Virus record (IMG/VR): IMGVR_UViG_3300036760_000150 | Span: 1 to 64,000 of that record | Source: a virus | DNA length: 64,000 bases | Direction: 5' to 3' (one strand) | Shown here: in pieces, positions 60,564-64,000 of the stretch | Layout: the number at the start of each line of letters is the position of its first letter | Numbering within the stretch: the first letter of the stretch is position 1 | Made by a program: the position numbers and the translations under genes | Notes under the pieces: model-generated | The model's input: the letters and a program-made list of their open reading frames with translations, nothing else | Databases searched by the model: none | What the model was told of the DNA's origin: nothing

Positions 60564-62382
60564 TCTGTTTAATGACGATCAGACGACTGTCGACAGCTGC
60601 GTTGAACTCAGAGGCATGGTCCACCAACAAGTACGTCTTGTCTGCACTTTTGAACTTAAAGAACTCGAGCAAGGCCTCTTTGCTGTTGTAGTCTATGGCG
60701 TCAAAAGGTTCATCCAAGAACTTATACCCTACGTACACACCAAGTCGTCTGCTAAGTATAGTATCTAACGCCTCATCGACTGCGATGCTGAGACTTCGTT
60801 GTTCGCCACCAGAAAGAGATCCTAAACTTACTTGATCTTGACCGTCCTTTATCTCACATGTGATCTCTTTGCTTATGTTACCAGTGCTCTTCACCATCTT
60901 ATCTGGTTTAAATGTAACATATAGATGACGTATGTTGGGGATCATCTGTATGTTTTTGTTAACTTCGTAGTTCATCTCGTCGAGTACTCGATCGAAGATG
61001 TGGCCTATGAAGCCACCACGTGAGAGTACCTTCTCGGCGTAAGATAAGATCTCAACGTCGTCCACAACAAACGACAACCTGCCTTCTAACGCATCTAGCT
61101 CGCTAAGGTATTTGTTGACCTGGCTCTTGGCAGCCTCCAAGTTTTTTGCCACACTGTCGATGTATTGTTGAGCAGACGACAACGCAGATGACATGGCATT
61201 GCTGTTCATGAGAAGTTGAGATCTTCTCTCGTTAAGTACCCTCACCTCTTTGTCGACACTCTGGCTTTGTATCTCTACAAGTATGTGTGACTTTTGGTTG
61301 AGAAGGACGGACGTATCAGGTAGAACTTGTAGATCTTGCAGTTTCACATACAGTTGGTTAGCCTCAACCGTCAAGGAGGAGATCTGTCCATCGACATCTT
61401 GTGCCAGTTTGGCTGTATCTTGGTTATGTATCTCCTGCTTACAGGCATAGCAGATGTTCTTTGCCACATATGACTGCCTGTTCTTAAGATCTTGCATCTG
61501 AGACGCAATCAGCTTTATCTTCGACTCTGTTTTGATCTTATCCGACCTCTTTGAGTCAACTGATGATATCTCAAGATCTATCTGTTTAACTCGATTCAAC
61601 AGGTCGTATGGTGCAGGGCGACTTTTGACCGCAGCGATCTCCGAGTCTACTTGTTGAACATCTTCTTTTATCTTCTGGATAACAATCTTGTACTCATCAA
61701 TTGATGCTTTCTTGGTTGAAAACTCTTGGCTGGAGATATCTTTGAGCATACTATCTACACGCACCTGTGATTGCTCTGCGTTTTCTTTTAAGAACAGGAT
61801 GCGGGATGATAAAGTTTTCATCTCATCGGTAGCTTTTGATGATTTTGCTTTGATAGACTCCTGAGCTTTCTCTAGGGATGATAAATTCAAGAATACGCCC
61901 AAAAACTCCTTTTTCTCAGAGTCTTTCATGCGCAGGAATCCGCCGTACGACCCCTGTTCTCTGTATGTCAGGTACATGAAATGTTCAGGAGACAGCCCCA
62001 TCAAGTTGACGATCTTTTCTTGAACGTCATCTGCCTTGCCGTCAATCATTGCACCGTCAAACTGTGCTGTTAACTTACCTCCTATAGTGCGATCAACGAC
62101 AAGCTCCTTTCCATTAACATCTAGCACCGCAGACAGTGAGGTGGGCTTATCAGAGTTATGTCGGTTCTTTGAGTCTTTTGTTGTCAATCCTACCGATGAA
62201 GCTCCAAACAGGGCTACCTTATCGGAAAGTATGAGGGAGGTTTTTCCTGAACCATTGGACCCTCCATTATCTTTGTTCTGACCAACAACAGTACATACAG
62301 CGTTGGTAGGTACAAGGAAAGATTGGTTGACACCTATGTCTCTGAAGTTTGAGATGTTAACCTGTTTTAATGATATTCTCAT
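60532..62382 (-). CDS. SbcC/Rad50/gp46-like ATPase
   Basis: SNGSGKT, Q-loop, CYAC hook, LSGGE, FLDEPF, VDH. Confidence 0.9.
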   Translation of the reverse strand: MRISLKQVNISNFRDIGVNQSFLVPTNAVCTVVGQNKDNGGSNGSGKTSLILSDKVALFGASSVGLTTKDSKNRHNSDKPTSLSAVLDVNGKELVVDRTIGGKLTAQFDGAMIDGKADDVQEKIVNLMGLSPEHFMYLTYREQGSYGGFLRMKDSEKKEFLGVFLNLSSLEKAQESIKAKSSKATDEMKTLSSRILFLKENAEQSQVRVDSMLKDISSQEFSTKKASIDEYKIVIQKIKEDVQQVDSEIAAVKSRPAPYDLLNRVKQIDLEISSVDSKRSDKIKTESKIKLIASQMQDLKNRQSYVAKNICYACKQEIHNQDTAKLAQDVDGQISSLTVEANQLYVKLQDLQVLPDTSVLLNQKSHILVEIQSQSVDKEVRVLNERRSQLLMNSNAMSSALSSAQQYIDSVAKNLEAAKSQVNKYLSELDALEGRLSFVVDDVEILSYAEKVLSRGGFIGHIFDRVLDEMNYEVNKNIQMIPNIRHLYVTFKPDKMVKSTGNISKEITCEIKDGQDQVSLGSLSGGEQRSLSIAVDEALDTILSRRLGVYVGYKFLDEPFDAIDYNSKEALLEFFKFKSADKTYLLVDHASEFNAAVDSRLIVIKQNGVATINAEV

Positions 62383-62384
62383 TC

Positions 62385-62660
62385 CTACTTCTTCTCCGTT
62401 GGGTCGTCTCGTTTTTCTATCAGCTCAAGGAGTTTATCACCACGCTCTTTTAGTTTGTTGGTGATGTCCTTGCGTAACTCAACCTTGCGAGCCATATTTC
62501 CGTTGTCAACAACCTCTATGCTGTTTGTAGAGACATCTGGCAGCTGTCTCTCCATGACGCCGCCGCAGTAACAAACCAGGTGTCCTACCTGGTCTTTGGC
62601 CTGTTTGTAGATCTTCTTCATCACATTGTTGCAGAGGTTGCATTTGTATACAGTCATCAT
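62385..62660 (-). CDS. FmdB-like zinc ribbon protein
   Basis: YKCNLC...CYCGGVMER. Confidence 0.7.
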   Translation of the reverse strand: MMTVYKCNLCNNVMKKIYKQAKDQVGHLVCYCGGVMERQLPDVSTNSIEVVDNGNMARKVELRKDITNKLKERGDKLLELIEKRDDPTEKK

Positions 62661-62697
62661 GACTTAGCTCTCCATCACAATTCTAACTGATGAGTTG

Positions 62698-64000
62698 TTA
62701 GAATCTTGGTTCCCACTTATCCCACTCCTGCTCTCTGTCAGCTTGCGATAGGGTGCGCTGTGTGGAGTGGTAGTCTGCTGCTTCCTCTGAGTCTAGTGTA
62801 GAATCTCTTTGAAACACCACTATACCAGACAGCCCCATCAACATCTTCGCAACAGAGAGGCTGTTCTTTATAGCGTACAGTACCGCCGAGGCCGAGTCAA
62901 TGACACCGATCTCGATAGCGTCTCCGAACTTATGATTTAAAGCATCGTACGTGTAGAAGAGGGCGGTCGATGTCTGCTCTTTCTTTAGCAACCTATCAAG
63001 CCAACTGCGACGGTTGAACATCATATTCTGCCAGATCTCTAATACCTCACCGATATTCTGTCCACCATTCGTCAAGATGCGCCTGAATGGCTCCACAAGA
63101 GACTTACCCATGATGTACTTGACTGCGTCTGATAGGGCTGGGTTGTTGTGTATCTGACTAGCTAAAGTGTTGAGCGTCTTGGCGCACCCAGGCAGGACAC
63201 CGTCTTTTATAGCACCCTTTATAGCACATACGGCATCTTCTACCCTATGACGCTTCTCCTTGAGTTCAGCCTCAGAGCTGCCATACACCTTGAGCCTGGC
63301 GATGCCACCAGTTAGTATAGACATACGCTCTTTCATCATCTCGGCGTCGTACACACTCTCTGCCTGTTTGGCTTGCTGCTCAAGCTCCTCAACCCGTGGT
63401 ATCAACAGGCCTTCATCTGGGGTACCGATGATCAGACTTTTGTAACGACTATATTCAAACGTCTTCATGCTGTCTATGCCGAGGTCTTTTATCTCAGCTC
63501 CAGGAAGAGGCTTACTGAGAGGGTCGAACACAGATGCTCCAGTGAACGATGATACGTCTAAGAGGAAGTGGTACGGGCTGTTTGCCTGATGAGTCATAGG
63601 GGTGATCACAGGTATCACGTTGATGGTGTTTGGAGCTTTGAAGTTTGACGCCAATGTGGCAACGACGCTCTCAGAGAAGGCGTGAGCGATCAAAACTATG
63701 TTAGGCGACATAGCGTCTTTATCGTGTTGTTGAGCGTCAGATGCATTACCGATCTTATCGAACAAAGGCAACAGTGAGTTTATATCTGTGATCTTCCCGT
63801 TGTACAGAATAAACTTTGGCTTGTCTAGCATCGTCCTGTAATTCGACCTGTCGTTGATGAACTCCTCAAGGAAACGTCCGCAACTGTCTTCAAACCCTCT
63901 TGCGATAGGGAAACCGTCCACTTTCTCAACTCCGAAGCCTCCCATACCAGATGACTCTGCGATCGTAACCTGACCATTTGTGCCTACTAGACCAAAACAC
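62698..64000 (-). CDS. groEL: GroEL-like chaperonin, 5' end outside the window
   Basis: Frame stays open upstream of 63945 (LVGTNGQVTIAE); GGIARLKVYGSSEAELKEKRHRVEDA...GVLPG; GVIDS. Confidence 0.9.
   Translation of the reverse strand, partial: CFGLVGTNGQVTIAESSGMGGFGVEKVDGFPIARGFEDSCGRFLEEFINDRSNYRTMLDKPKFILYNGKITDINSLLPLFDKIGNASDAQQHDKDAMSPNIVLIAHAFSESVVATLASNFKAPNTINVIPVITPMTHQANSPYHFLLDVSSFTGASVFDPLSKPLPGAEIKDLGIDSMKTFEYSRYKSLIIGTPDEGLLIPRVEELEQQAKQAESVYDAEMMKERMSILTGGIARLKVYGSSEAELKEKRHRVEDAVCAIKGAIKDGVLPGCAKTLNTLASQIHNNPALSDAVKYIMGKSLVEPFRRILTNGGQNIGEVLEIWQNMMFNRRSWLDRLLKKEQTSTALFYTYDALNHKFGDAIEIGVIDSASAVLYAIKNSLSVAKMLMGLSGIVVFQRDSTLDSEEAADYHSTQRTLSQADREQEWDKWEPRF

Noticed and set aside
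2182-63445. Numerous 60-230 aa opposite-strand ORFs in the ORF track (e.g. 5863-6558, 41996-42664, 48607-49302, 57881-58498)
   Set aside because: They are antisense shadows of well-supported genes, with no recognisable motifs or RBS and S/L/T-rich composition typical of codon-bias artefacts.
1-64000. Stop-codon reassignment (alternative genetic code)
   Set aside because: Long genes are intact and coding density is high under the standard code; TAA, TAG and TGA all terminate well-supported genes.

Overview
This 64-kb window is part of a large lytic myovirus-like (contractile-tailed) bacteriophage genome, with no tRNA, rRNA, CRISPR array or integrase visible. It has three blocks. (i) 1-1776 (-): small early-type genes, including a truncated ORF built on a perfect 12-bp repeat encoding (SQL[D/Y/R])n. 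(ii) 1931-29120 (+): a tail/baseplate operon (chaperones, tape measure, hub, spike, LysM/gp25 fusion, 1856-aa baseplate J, wedge, tube-like protein, three fibre proteins, M15 peptidase endolysin), with a shared CTTAATCTT-N4-6-GTACCC motif in three intergenic gaps. (iii) 29121-64000 (-): accessory and replication genes. These include peptide deformylase, a UDG-like protein, S8 and trypsin proteases, a BCS1-like and a second AAA ATPase, ClpP, an intein-containing helicase, primase, RecA, SSB, intein-containing DnaE, an HNH nuclease with a GATA-like finger, a metallophosphoesterase, RuvC, SbcC and GroEL. Four sigma70-like promoters (TTGAC/TA-N17-TAnnnT) face the minus strand. The most interesting candidates are the three-state repeat array, a broad proteostasis gene set including BCS1, a possible envelope-spanning protein with a 4-strand outer-membrane barrel end, a one-third-PAAR spike tip, and an interlocking MKRS(E/D)M paralogue family. 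All annotations come from motif recognition by eye; no searches were run.
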